Source: Betaproteobacteria bacterium HGW-Betaproteobacteria-1
GTDB lineage: Bacteria > Pseudomonadota > Gammaproteobacteria > Burkholderiales > Methylophilaceae
DNA: 64,000 nt
Direction: 5' to 3'
NCBI GenBank assembly: GCA_002842435.1
Contig: PHCX01000004.1
Span: 180,209-244,208 of the forward strand
Position numbers and translations under genes: made by a program. This document shows positions 37,857 through 48,800 of the stretch, piece by piece (within the stretch, counting starts at the first letter, position 1; each line of letters opens with the position of its first letter). The notes under the pieces are model-generated. The model was not told where the DNA came from, ran no database searches, and worked only from the letters and a program-made list of their open reading frames with translations.

Positions 37857-39116
37857 ATGTATGTCCGTTCGTTTATCCAACTTGCCGTTGGACTTAGTTT
37901 AGCTTCCTCCTTGCTACTGTCTGCGACAGTTGCTGCAGTTGAGCTTGAACACCAGGATGTGCTGGAAACCAATCCGGTATTGAGCCTGAAAGAGACGCTG
38001 GAGCTGACCTTCAAGCGCAATCCGCAGCAGTACCAGTTGCAGGCACGGGATCGGGATGTGCTCGCACGCCAGTCCCGTTCTGCCACTCTTTTGCCCAAGC
38101 CGCCTGCGCTGGCGTTGAGCCATCAGAACGATGGTCTCGGCAGTGGTCGCGGTGAACGCGAATGGCAGGCGGATGTCGAGATTCCGCTCTGGCGTCTGGG
38201 TCAGCGTGCCGCACGCACGGCCGTGGCAGAAAATGCCCAGCTTGGCGTACAGGCCAGTCGCGAGAGCCTGTTGCTGGCGGTTGCCGGTCAACTGCGTGAG
38301 GCGGTTTGGGAACTGAAGATGACGGAGAGCCAGCTGGCGCTCGCCAAATTGCGCCATGAAACAGCGCTGGCGCTGGAGCGTGATGTCGAGCGCCGGTATC
38401 AGGCCGGTGAGCTGGCCAAAACCGATCTCATGCTGGCGCAGCAGGAATCACTGCAAGCGAGGACCGAGACCGTGCGTGCCGATGCCGAACTGAATCATGC
38501 CCGCCATCGTTACTCAGTGCTGACCGGATTGCAGCAGATTCCCGGTCAGCTGGAAGAGGCACAGTCTTCGCTGGAAACCTATAGTGAAGCACACGCGTTC
38601 TGGCAGGAAGCGGAAGCACGGGTCAAGTTGGCGGAACAGGAACGTAACCTGAGTACGGTGGAAAGCCGCGACAATCTGCAACTGGTGGTCAATACGCGCA
38701 GCCAGCGCGGCGCATTCGACAACGCCTACAACGACAGCGTCGGTCTCAGCGTCCGTATTCCGCTCAGCAGCGAGAGCCATACCGCACTGCAGCTGGCTGC
38801 CGCCGACATGCAGGTGGCGCAGGCGATCGCCGACCGTGAGCGGTTGCGTTATCAGCTCGAGACCGCCATGCACGAGGCGGAACACAATCTGGCCGTGACC
38901 CGGGCCGAACTGCAGATCGCCAGCGAGAATGAGGCGATCGCGCGGGAGAGCCTGCGACTGGCCGAGAAGGCCTTCCAACTGGGCGAGACCGATCTGGTCG
39001 CGCTGTTAAGGGTGCGCACGCAGGCCTATGAGGCCGAGCGCGCGCTGAGTGCGCGGCAGATACAACTTCAATGGGATATTGCCCGCTTTAACCAGGCTGT
39101 AGGAGTTTTGCCATGA
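37857..39116 (+). CDS. Outer-membrane factor of a heavy-metal RND system (CzcC-like)
   Basis: Signal peptide, RRYQAGELAKTDL, KAFQLGETDLVALL. Confidence 0.88.
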   Translation: MYVRSFIQLAVGLSLASSLLLSATVAAVELEHQDVLETNPVLSLKETLELTFKRNPQQYQLQARDRDVLARQSRSATLLPKPPALALSHQNDGLGSGRGEREWQADVEIPLWRLGQRAARTAVAENAQLGVQASRESLLLAVAGQLREAVWELKMTESQLALAKLRHETALALERDVERRYQAGELAKTDLMLAQQESLQARTETVRADAELNHARHRYSVLTGLQQIPGQLEEAQSSLETYSEAHAFWQEAEARVKLAEQERNLSTVESRDNLQLVVNTRSQRGAFDNAYNDSVGLSVRIPLSSESHTALQLAAADMQVAQAIADRERLRYQLETAMHEAEHNLAVTRAELQIASENEAIARESLRLAEKAFQLGETDLVALLRVRTQAYEAERALSARQIQLQWDIARFNQAVGVLP

Positions 39117-40255
39117 ATAGCAGTTTTACCATGAACAAGAACAAAAGCATCCGCTTCGTATTTTTCCTCGTCGTGTGCCTGATGCAACCGGCACTGGCCG
39201 CTGAGTCGCAGACGACACCGATCGCCATCACCCCGGCACAGCAGCAGACGCTGGGTATCAAGGTGGCGGAACTCGGCAAGGACGGCAATCTGGCAAGCCA
39301 GCGCCTGGCAGGCGAAGTGGTCATCCCCGTCGCACAGGAACGCGTGGTGACTGCACCGCAAGCCGGGCTGGTTACCGAGCTTTATGTGTCGGCTGGGCAG
39401 TCGGTGAAAAAAGGCCAGTCGCTGGCGCAGATCAGCAGTACGGAAATGGTTGGCTTGCAAAGCGAGTACCTGCAGGCGCTGACCCAGTATCAATTGGCGG
39501 CCGACATGCTGGCACGCGACAAGGAGCTCTATCAGGAAGGCATCATTGCGCAACGCCGTTTCCTGACGACGCAGAGCCATCATGCCGAGACTTCGGCCAT
39601 ACTCGCCCAGCGCAAGCAGGCCTTGCAGTTGGCCGGCATGAGCAGCGCCGGCATCAGTCAGCTGCAAAAAAGCGGCAACATGAGCAGCAGCCTGACGCTG
39701 ACCGCGCCGATGGATGGCCAGGTGCTGGAGCAGATGGCGAAAGTGGGTCAGCGCGTGGAGATGGCGATGCCGCTCTATCGCGTCGCCAAACTCAGCCCGC
39801 TATGGGTGGAGATCCGGGCACCGCTGGCGTTGTTCGAAACGCTACGGCCGGGGTTGCAGGTGAAACTGCCGCAGGTCGGTGTCGAAGGCAAGCTGGTCAA
39901 TATCATTCGCAGCGTCAACCGCAATGACCAGACCCTGCAACTGCGTGCAGAAGTGGTCGCGGGTGCTGACAGGCTGATACCGGGGCAGTATGTGGAAGTC
40001 GAGATCGTGCCGGAAGGCGTTGCTGCAAACGCTGGTCAGTCTTTTGTTCTGCCCAAGTCGGCCGTGGTCAGAAGCGGCGCCGAGTACTACATTTTTGTGC
40101 AGGACTCGCAGGGTTTTGTCGCCACGGTGGTTGAGTTGCTCGGTGAGAAGTCCGGCATGGTGTCGATCAGGGCAGGGTTGAAAGGTGATGAAAAGGTCGC
40201 CGTGGCAGGCACTGCTGCCATCAAGGGCAAGTGGCTGGGCGTGGGAGACGAATGA
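39113..40255 (+). CDS. RND membrane-fusion protein (CzcB-like)
   Basis: VTAPQAGLVTELYVSAGQSVKKGQ, LTAPMDGQV, LPKSAVV. Confidence 0.9.
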   Translation: MNSSFTMNKNKSIRFVFFLVVCLMQPALAAESQTTPIAITPAQQQTLGIKVAELGKDGNLASQRLAGEVVIPVAQERVVTAPQAGLVTELYVSAGQSVKKGQSLAQISSTEMVGLQSEYLQALTQYQLAADMLARDKELYQEGIIAQRRFLTTQSHHAETSAILAQRKQALQLAGMSSAGISQLQKSGNMSSSLTLTAPMDGQVLEQMAKVGQRVEMAMPLYRVAKLSPLWVEIRAPLALFETLRPGLQVKLPQVGVEGKLVNIIRSVNRNDQTLQLRAEVVAGADRLIPGQYVEVEIVPEGVAANAGQSFVLPKSAVVRSGAEYYIFVQDSQGFVATVVELLGEKSGMVSIRAGLKGDEKVAVAGTAAIKGKWLGVGDE

Positions 40256-43200
40256 TGCTGGCTCGTCTCATACAATTCGCGCTGACCCAGCGGCTATTGA
40301 TGCTGGTAGTGACAGCTTTGCTTTTGGGCCTGGGTGTTGTTTCTTTCCGGGCCTTGCCGATTGATGCCTTCCCCGACGTTTCCACCACCCAGGTCAAGAT
40401 CATCATCAAGGCACCGGGCATGACGCCGGAAGAAGTTGAAAGCCGTATCACCTCGCTGATCGAGGTGGAGATGCTGGGCTTGCCGCGGCAGACCATGTTG
40501 CGTTCCGTCGCCAAATACGCGATGACCGACATCACAGTCGATTTCGCTGAAGGCACCGACATTTACTGGGCCCGGCAACAGGTGGCCGAACGTCTTGGCG
40601 GTGTCTGGGACAGTCTTCCGGCCGACATCTCCGGCGGCATGGCGCCGATGACTACGCCGCTTGGTGAGATGTTCATGTTCACCATCGAGAGCGATGCGCT
40701 CAGCCTTCAGGAAAAACGCAGCCTGCTGGACTGGGTCATCCGGCCGCAATTGCGCACCGTGCCTGGAGTAGCCGATGTGAACGCGCTCGGCGGTCTGGTG
40801 CGTACCTTCGAGGTGATTCCGGACAATGCCCGCATGTATGCTAGGTCCGTGACCTTGCAGGATTTGCAGACGGCGCTGACGCAGAACAACAGCAACGATG
40901 GCGCCGGCCGCCTGGATGATGGCGAGGAATCCCTGCTGGTTCGATCCGAAGGCCGTTTTGTCACGCTGGAGGATGTCGCCAACACGGTTATCAGCAGCGA
41001 ACAAGGCGCGCCATTGCGCATCATGGACGTGGCTGAAGTGAAGATAGGCGAGTTGACGCGCTATGGCGCCGTCACCAGCAACGGCAAGGGTGAGGCGGTG
41101 CAAGGTCTGGTACTGGGCTTGCGCGGTGCCAATGCCCAGTTGCTGGTGCGGGGTGTCAAGGACAAGCTGGCAGAGATCGCACCGACCTTGCCGGCCGGTG
41201 TCGCTATCAATGTGTTTTATGATCGTGGCAGTCTGGTTGAGCGTGCGATCAATACCGTATCCAAGGCGCTGATCGAGGCCATCGTGCTGGTGCTGATCCT
41301 GCTGGTGCTGTTTCTCGGCAACCTGCGAGCCGCGCTGACTGTGGCGCTGGTGCTGCCGTTGGCGGCGCTGATCACCTTCATCCTGATGCGGCAGTTCGGT
41401 ATCTCCGCCAACCTCATGAGTCTGGGCGGGCTGGCAATCGCTATCGGCATGCTGGTCGATGCGGCGGTGGTGGTGGTGGAGAACATCGTTTCCCATCTGG
41501 CCGACAGCAAACGTGCCGAAAACCTGCCGCGCCTGCATTTGATCTATCGCGCCGTGCGTGAAGTCAGCGTGCCCATGTCTTCCGGCATCATGATCATCAT
41601 CATCGTCTTCCTGCCGCTGCTGACCTTGCAGGGTCTGGAAGGCAAGCTGTTCTCACCGGTGGCGCTGACCATTGTCTTTGCGCTCGGCGGTTCGCTGCTG
41701 CTGTCGCTGACGGTGATTCCGGTACTGGCGTCCTTCTTGCTGAAAAAAGTCTCGCATGAGGAGCCGTGGCTGGTGCGCAAGGCGCAGGCGATCTACCTGC
41801 CGTCACTGCAGTGGGCGCTGGCGCATAGCCGTATCGTCATCGGCAGCGCCTTGCTGGCGCTGGCGTTGACCGTGCTGGTCTATCTGCAGATCGGCAAGAC
41901 CTTCATGCCGACCATGGATGAAGGCGACATCATCATCGGCGTCGAGAAGCTGCCCTCGGTCAATCTGCAGCAGAGTGTGGAAACCGATCTGATGATACAG
42001 CGCGCCATCATGGAAAAGGTGCCGGAGGTGCAGGGCGTTTATTCCCGCGTGGGCTCTGATGAACTGGGGCTGGACCCGATGGGGCTCAACCAGACCGACA
42101 ATTTTCTCGTGCTGAAACCGCAGTCCGAGTGGCGCATGAAGACCAAGGAAGGCCTGATCGACCATCTGCGCGAGGTAATGGAGCAGATGCCGGGCATCGC
42201 CTACAGCTTCACGCAGCCGATCGACATGCGCGTCAACGAGATGATTCTCGGCGTGCGTGGCGACCTTGCCATCAAGCTGTTCGGCACCGATCTGGATGTG
42301 CTGGCGGAAAAGGCTGAGCAGATGGTCGCGGTGCTGCAGAGCATAGAAGGCAGTGAGGATGTCTATACGCCGCAGAACAGCGGTATCCAGTATCTGCAGG
42401 TCGAGATCGACCGCATGGCGGCCGGCCGCCTCGGTTTCACCATCGCCGAGGTCGAGTCCATCCTCAGGATGCAACTGGAAGGCAAGGTACTCGATATCGT
42501 GCAGGAAGGCCAGCGCCGCACGCCGTTGATGATACGCGGCAATGAGGGGCTGCGGAATTCGCCGGCGGAATTCGCCAATCTGCTGCTGACTCTGCCGGAT
42601 GGCAGCAATGTGCCCTTGTCGACGGTAGCCAAACTGGTACGGGTCGAGGGTCCGGTGAAGGTCGATCGCCAGCGCGGCGCGCGCATGGTGGTGGTGACTG
42701 CCAATGTACGCGACCGCGATCTGGTCGGTTATGTGGAAGAGGCGAAAGCCAAAATAGCCAGTGAGGTAAAACTGCCTGAAGGCTACTCGATCCTGTGGGG
42801 CGGCCAGTTCGAGAACCAGCAGCGGGCGGCTGCGCGACTTTCCATGGTGGTGCCGATTGCCCTTGGTCTGATCTTCCTGCTGCTGTTCGCTACCTTCGGC
42901 TCGGCCGGACAGTCCGTGCTCATCCTCTCCAATATTCCGTTTGCCATGATAGGCGGTGTGTTTGCCTTGTGGTTGTCGGGTGAGTATCTTTCCGTGCCGG
43001 CATCGGTCGGTTTCATTGCGCTGCTGGGGATTGCCGTCTTGAATGGCGTGGTCATGGTGACCTATTTCAACCAGCTGGCAGCCAGCGGCATGGCCTTGGC
43101 GGAAGTGGTCATCGAGGGTGCAAAAAGGCGGTTGCGGCCCGTGCTGATGACGGCTTTTATCGCCGCATTCGGCTTGGTGCCACTGGTGTTCGCCACCGGC

Positions 43201-43317
43201 CCCGGCTCGGAGATTCAGCGACCATTGGCCATCGTTGTCATCGGCGGTCTGGTCACCTCGACGCTGCTGACGCTGATATTGCTGCCCATACTCTATCGCC
43301 GTTTCGGGAGGTCCTGA
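40252..43317 (+). CDS. CusA/CzcA-family heavy-metal RND pump
   Basis: LPIDAFPDVST, GMLVDAAVVVVENI, RRLRPVLMT, GSEIQRPLAIVVIGG. Confidence 0.95.
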   Translation: MMLARLIQFALTQRLLMLVVTALLLGLGVVSFRALPIDAFPDVSTTQVKIIIKAPGMTPEEVESRITSLIEVEMLGLPRQTMLRSVAKYAMTDITVDFAEGTDIYWARQQVAERLGGVWDSLPADISGGMAPMTTPLGEMFMFTIESDALSLQEKRSLLDWVIRPQLRTVPGVADVNALGGLVRTFEVIPDNARMYARSVTLQDLQTALTQNNSNDGAGRLDDGEESLLVRSEGRFVTLEDVANTVISSEQGAPLRIMDVAEVKIGELTRYGAVTSNGKGEAVQGLVLGLRGANAQLLVRGVKDKLAEIAPTLPAGVAINVFYDRGSLVERAINTVSKALIEAIVLVLILLVLFLGNLRAALTVALVLPLAALITFILMRQFGISANLMSLGGLAIAIGMLVDAAVVVVENIVSHLADSKRAENLPRLHLIYRAVREVSVPMSSGIMIIIIVFLPLLTLQGLEGKLFSPVALTIVFALGGSLLLSLTVIPVLASFLLKKVSHEEPWLVRKAQAIYLPSLQWALAHSRIVIGSALLALALTVLVYLQIGKTFMPTMDEGDIIIGVEKLPSVNLQQSVETDLMIQRAIMEKVPEVQGVYSRVGSDELGLDPMGLNQTDNFLVLKPQSEWRMKTKEGLIDHLREVMEQMPGIAYSFTQPIDMRVNEMILGVRGDLAIKLFGTDLDVLAEKAEQMVAVLQSIEGSEDVYTPQNSGIQYLQVEIDRMAAGRLGFTIAEVESILRMQLEGKVLDIVQEGQRRTPLMIRGNEGLRNSPAEFANLLLTLPDGSNVPLSTVAKLVRVEGPVKVDRQRGARMVVVTANVRDRDLVGYVEEAKAKIASEVKLPEGYSILWGGQFENQQRAAARLSMVVPIALGLIFLLLFATFGSAGQSVLILSNIPFAMIGGVFALWLSGEYLSVPASVGFIALLGIAVLNGVVMVTYFNQLAASGMALAEVVIEGAKRRLRPVLMTAFIAAFGLVPLVFATGPGSEIQRPLAIVVIGGLVTSTLLTLILLPILYRRFGRS

Positions 43318-43318
43318 T

Positions 43319-43636
43319 ATGCAACAAGCTTTATTAACCCTGATCGTTTCGCTCGAGCTGGAGGAGTCCCTGGTCGATTGGCTGCTGGAGCAGGATCATG
43401 TGCAGGGGTTCACCAGCATACAGGTCTATGGACATGGCTCCGGTGTCTCAGCGATGACTGTAGGTGAACAGGTGCTGGGCAGGCAGAAACGCACCCAGTT
43501 CATGGTGCACGGCGAAGTCTCCGGACTGGAAAGGCTTTTGCAGGACCTGCGGCAGGAATACCCAAGGGCCGGGTTGCATTATTTCCTCTCGCCTATCATC
43601 AGCGCCGGACCGATCACTGGAGAGTCCCCGGAATGA
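43319..43636 (+). CDS. PII-like small protein (DUF3240-like)
   Basis: LVDWLL, GFTSIQVYGHG, EQVLGRQKR; 1 bp after the czcA-like gene. Confidence 0.7.
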   Translation: MQQALLTLIVSLELEESLVDWLLEQDHVQGFTSIQVYGHGSGVSAMTVGEQVLGRQKRTQFMVHGEVSGLERLLQDLRQEYPRAGLHYFLSPIISAGPITGESPE

Positions 43637-43659
43637 GGAAATGCCTCTAAAGATGCCTG

Positions 43660-43803
43660 GCCACAGAGCACACAGAGTTCACAGAGAAAACCAGTTACTG
43701 AACGGATGCATGGTGCCAGCCATACGGCTGCCGCGATAGGGGTATGCATTTGCTTTAACTCTGTGCCCTCTGTGCCCTCTGTGCCCTCTGTGTGCTCTGT
43801 GGC
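43660..43803. repeat. 144-bp element bounded by inverted arrays of a 9-bp CACAGAG unit (MITE/REP-like)
   Basis: GCCACAGAGCACACAGAG (43660-77) is the exact reverse complement of 43786-803; 3 units left, 5 units right. Confidence 0.85.
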
Positions 43804-43914
43804 AAGATGGATTTTCCTGAGCGCAATCGCTAAATCCATGACTATTGAAGGGTCTTGCTGACTGCCTGAACGCAGCTTTTACTTGCATTTCAGGCCACTT
43901 TCGCGTAACTTCGG

Positions 43915-44003
43915 CCCATTGCTGGGGGTCTGCAGAATGTCTGTTTTGCAGTGAGAAACACCCTTTGAACCTGATGCGGGTAATGCCGCCGTAGGGAATG
44001 CAG
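43915..44003 (+). ncRNA. TPP riboswitch
   Basis: GGGGGTC...GTGAGAAACACCCTTTGAACCTGATGCGGGTAATGCCGCCGTAGGGA upstream of thiC; GTGCTCC/GGAGCAC hairpin (44011-44040) covers the SD; boundaries approximate. Confidence 0.95.
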
Positions 44004-44029
44004 ATTCACTGTGCTCCTTACGTAAATGA

Positions 44030-45928
<1,899 letters not shown>

Positions 45929-45962
45929 AAACTTTTTGGTTGGTTTATCAGACGACCTGATT

Positions 45963-46014
45963 GCAGAGTCTGCCAACAGAGTCCGGGAGCAGAATCCGAT
46001 AGCAGAACCGGATG
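45963..46014. repeat. Four degenerate 13-bp tandem repeats in the thiC 3' region
   Basis: gcagagtctgcca / acagagtccggga / gcagaatccgata / gcagaaccggatg; CAGA at 45964, 45977, 45990, 46003. Confidence 0.55.
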
Positions 46015-46021
46015 CCATAAA

Positions 46022-46050
46022 AAAACAGCCAGCTTCGTGCTGGCTGTTTT
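46022..46050 (+). terminator. thiC terminator
   Basis: AAAACAGCCAGC-ttcgt-GCTGGCTGTTTT followed by ATTTATT. Confidence 0.9.
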
Positions 46051-46144
46051 ATTTATTCCTGCAAGTCATGATGCCTGTCGTCATTAGCCAACATGAACTA
46101 ATGACGGCCAACAATAGTTTGTTAGAATGACCCCTTATTGAAAG

Positions 46145-47311
46145 TTGACTTTGACCACACTCAAACTCCCATCCTCCAAATCCAAACCCGGCAATTCGGC
46201 GCACAAGCCGGTGCGTCGTCCTGACGCTGCCAAGCGGGTACGCACCAGCGCACCGGCAAACACGGAAAATCCTCAACCCAACACTGCCGGGCAGGTAAAG
46301 GCACCGGTAGTCGACAAGCCGGAACGCCAGCGTAACCATCGCCATGACGGCAAGCCGCGTCAGCCTGCGACGCCGGATAGTCGTGCGCCTGCAGAGCGCC
46401 CTTTGCAGCGAGGCGAGTTCAAGCGCGATGAGTACAAACGCAATCCGCCGAAAACCCTGGTGCAGGGGCGCGATACGCCGCGACGCGGGGGCAAGGCACG
46501 GGATGGTTTCGAGCAGGGCGATTTCAATCAGGATCGTGCGACCAACCCGATGTTTGCCCCCAAGCCGCTGGCCTCCAATCCTGATTTTCCGCGCCTGTCC
46601 AAACGTATGGCGGAGCTGGGACTGTGTTCGCGCCGCGAAGCGGACGAGTGGATCGTCAACGGCTGGGTAAAGGTCGATGGTCAGGTGGTTGATGTACTGG
46701 GCACCCGCGTAGCGCCGGAAGCCAGAATCGAAGTCAGCAAGGCGGCGGAAAAGCATCAGTCGGAAATCGTCACGATTCTGCTGCACAAGCCGGTGGGTTA
46801 CGTTTCAGGCCAGGCCGAGGATGGTTATGAGCCTGCCGTGGTGCTGGTGCACCCGGATAATCAATGGGCAGAAGACCCGGTCAGAAAAACTTTCCAGCGT
46901 GGATTCCTCAAGGGACTAGCGCCGGCCGGCCGGCTGGATATCGATTCCACCGGTTTGCTGGTGCTGACGCAGGATGGCCGCGTCGCCAGGCAGCTGATCG
47001 GTGAGGATTCGACTACCGAGAAGGAATACCTGGTCAGGGTCGAAGGCACGCTGTCGGCAGAAGGGCTGAAGAAACTCAATTTCGGTCTGGCGCTGGATGG
47101 CGTTGCGCTCAAGCCGGCCAAGGTCTCCTGGCAGAACGAAGACCAGTTGCGCTTTGTGCTGCGCGAGGGCAAAAAGCGCCAGATCCGTCGCATGTGCGAG
47201 CTGGTGGGTCTGCATGTCGTCGGTCTCAAGCGGGTACGTATCGGCAGTGTGACGTTGGGCAAATTACCCGTAGGGCAATGGCGTTATCTGCGGCCGGGTG
47301 AGCGTTTTTAG
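46145..47311 (+). CDS. rRNA pseudouridine synthase (RsuA/RluB/RluF family) with a long basic N-terminal extension
   Basis: S4 domain RLSKRMAELGLCSRREAD, GRLDIDSTGLL, EGKKRQIRRM; TTG start uncertain. Confidence 0.9.
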   Translation: MTLTTLKLPSSKSKPGNSAHKPVRRPDAAKRVRTSAPANTENPQPNTAGQVKAPVVDKPERQRNHRHDGKPRQPATPDSRAPAERPLQRGEFKRDEYKRNPPKTLVQGRDTPRRGGKARDGFEQGDFNQDRATNPMFAPKPLASNPDFPRLSKRMAELGLCSRREADEWIVNGWVKVDGQVVDVLGTRVAPEARIEVSKAAEKHQSEIVTILLHKPVGYVSGQAEDGYEPAVVLVHPDNQWAEDPVRKTFQRGFLKGLAPAGRLDIDSTGLLVLTQDGRVARQLIGEDSTTEKEYLVRVEGTLSAEGLKKLNFGLALDGVALKPAKVSWQNEDQLRFVLREGKKRQIRRMCELVGLHVVGLKRVRIGSVTLGKLPVGQWRYLRPGERF

Positions 47312-47342
47312 TTAGTTTGAAAAAAAGAAAGATTCTCAGTTT

Positions 47343-48146
47343 ATGGAATTGATGCTGTTATTGAAGGCCTTTATCCTGGGCATGATCGAAGGGGCCACCG
47401 AGTTCTTGCCGGTCAGCAGTACCGGCCATCTGATCATCGTCGGTGACCTGCTCGAATTCAATGATGAGAAAAGCAAGGTCTTCAAGATATTCATTCAGTT
47501 GGGTGCGATTCTGGCGATCTGCTGGGAATACCGTTCACGTCTGCAGCATATCGCCAGCGGCGCATTCAGTGACAGGACGGCACAACGCTTCATTTTCAAT
47601 CTGGGTGTCGCTTTCATGCCGGCTGCACTGCTTGGCCTGGCTTTCCACAGCCAGATCAAGGCTTATCTGTTTTCGCCATTCACGGTTGCCATCGCCCTCA
47701 TCGTTGGCGGTTTCGTCATTCTGATCGTGGAAAAATTCGCACCTGCGCCGACGACGGAAACCGTCGATGACATGAGTTTCATGCAGGCATTGAAGGTCGG
47801 TTGTGCACAGTCGATGGCATTGATACCGGGGGTTTCCCGCTCCGGCGCCACCATTCTCGGCGGCGTCATCTTCGGCCTGTCACGCAAGGCCGCCACCGAG
47901 TTCTCCTTCTTCGTCGCCATCCCCATCATGTTTGCTGCGACGACTTTCGATCTGCTGAAGAACTACGATCTTTTGAGCTTGGGCGATGTCCCCGTCTTCG
48001 CCGTCGGCTTCATCACCTCTTTCTTTGCAGCCCTGCTGGCAGTCAAGACCTTCATTCGCTATGTCGCGCACCACGATTTCCGCCTGTTCGCCTACTACCG
48101 CATCGTCTTTGGCAGCATCGTCCTCGCCTATTTCTGGAACGCCTGA
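47343..48146 (+). CDS. uppP: Undecaprenyl-diphosphate phosphatase
   Basis: [31 protein letters not shown]. Confidence 0.96.
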   Translation: MELMLLLKAFILGMIEGATEFLPVSSTGHLIIVGDLLEFNDEKSKVFKIFIQLGAILAICWEYRSRLQHIASGAFSDRTAQRFIFNLGVAFMPAALLGLAFHSQIKAYLFSPFTVAIALIVGGFVILIVEKFAPAPTTETVDDMSFMQALKVGCAQSMALIPGVSRSGATILGGVIFGLSRKAATEFSFFVAIPIMFAATTFDLLKNYDLLSLGDVPVFAVGFITSFFAALLAVKTFIRYVAHHDFRLFAYYRIVFGSIVLAYFWNA

Positions 48147-48153
48147 TGAGCGC

Positions 48154-48780
48154 ATGAATGATTACGAGCGTTTGCTAGCGAGTCTGTCCCGCTTCGAGGA
48201 GCAGGCGAAACTGAAGCCGCTGACGCTGGGCGAGGCGCTGGACAGTCTGCATGGTTCGGCCTATGCCCTGATTTGCCTGATCCTGGTCATCCCTTTTTTT
48301 CAGCCGGTACCGCTCGGACCCATGACGATACTGGGCGGGCTGGCTTTCAGTTTTCTCGGCTGGCAGATGTGGTGCGGGCGTACTTCTCCAGTGTTGCCGA
48401 AAGCGATGCGCGACCTGGCTTTGAGCGAGGAAGCCTGGCGCCTGATCGGCCATGGCTGTTTGAAGATCGTGCATTTTTGTCATAAATTTACCAAACCCAG
48501 GCTTTACCGTCTGGTCGAAGGCAGACAGGGACAGAGAATCGGCGGTATCATTCTGATGATGGCAGGCGCTCTGATGGCCATTCCGTTCGGTATCCTGCCG
48601 ATGAACAACACCCTGCCGGGATTGGCGATACTGTTCTTCTGCCTGGCGGACATGGAAAGTGACGGGCTGATGACATTGATTGCATTTGGCTGGATCGTGG
48701 TCACCATTCTCTATTTCACGGCCTTTTTCATCGGCCTGTATTTTCTTGGCAATGAAGTGTTCGAATATCTAAAAATTTGA
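48154..48780 (+). CDS. ExoD-family membrane protein
   Basis: LTLGEALDSL, WCGRTSPVLP, IPFGILPMNNTLPG, DGL; start ATG 48154. Confidence 0.8.
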   Translation: MNDYERLLASLSRFEEQAKLKPLTLGEALDSLHGSAYALICLILVIPFFQPVPLGPMTILGGLAFSFLGWQMWCGRTSPVLPKAMRDLALSEEAWRLIGHGCLKIVHFCHKFTKPRLYRLVEGRQGQRIGGIILMMAGALMAIPFGILPMNNTLPGLAILFFCLADMESDGLMTLIAFGWIVVTILYFTAFFIGLYFLGNEVFEYLKI

Positions 48781-48800
48781 ATAATGAATCGAGTTCAGAC

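Noticed and set aside
43579-43888. ORFs 43579-43839, 43679-43888 and 43464-43739 with TEGTEG, HRGHRG or LCELC runs
   Set aside because: They are translations of the 9-bp repeat element and overlap the end of the DUF3240-like gene.
45936-46130. 64-aa ORF after thiC
   Set aside because: It runs through the thiC terminator and has no SD or motif.
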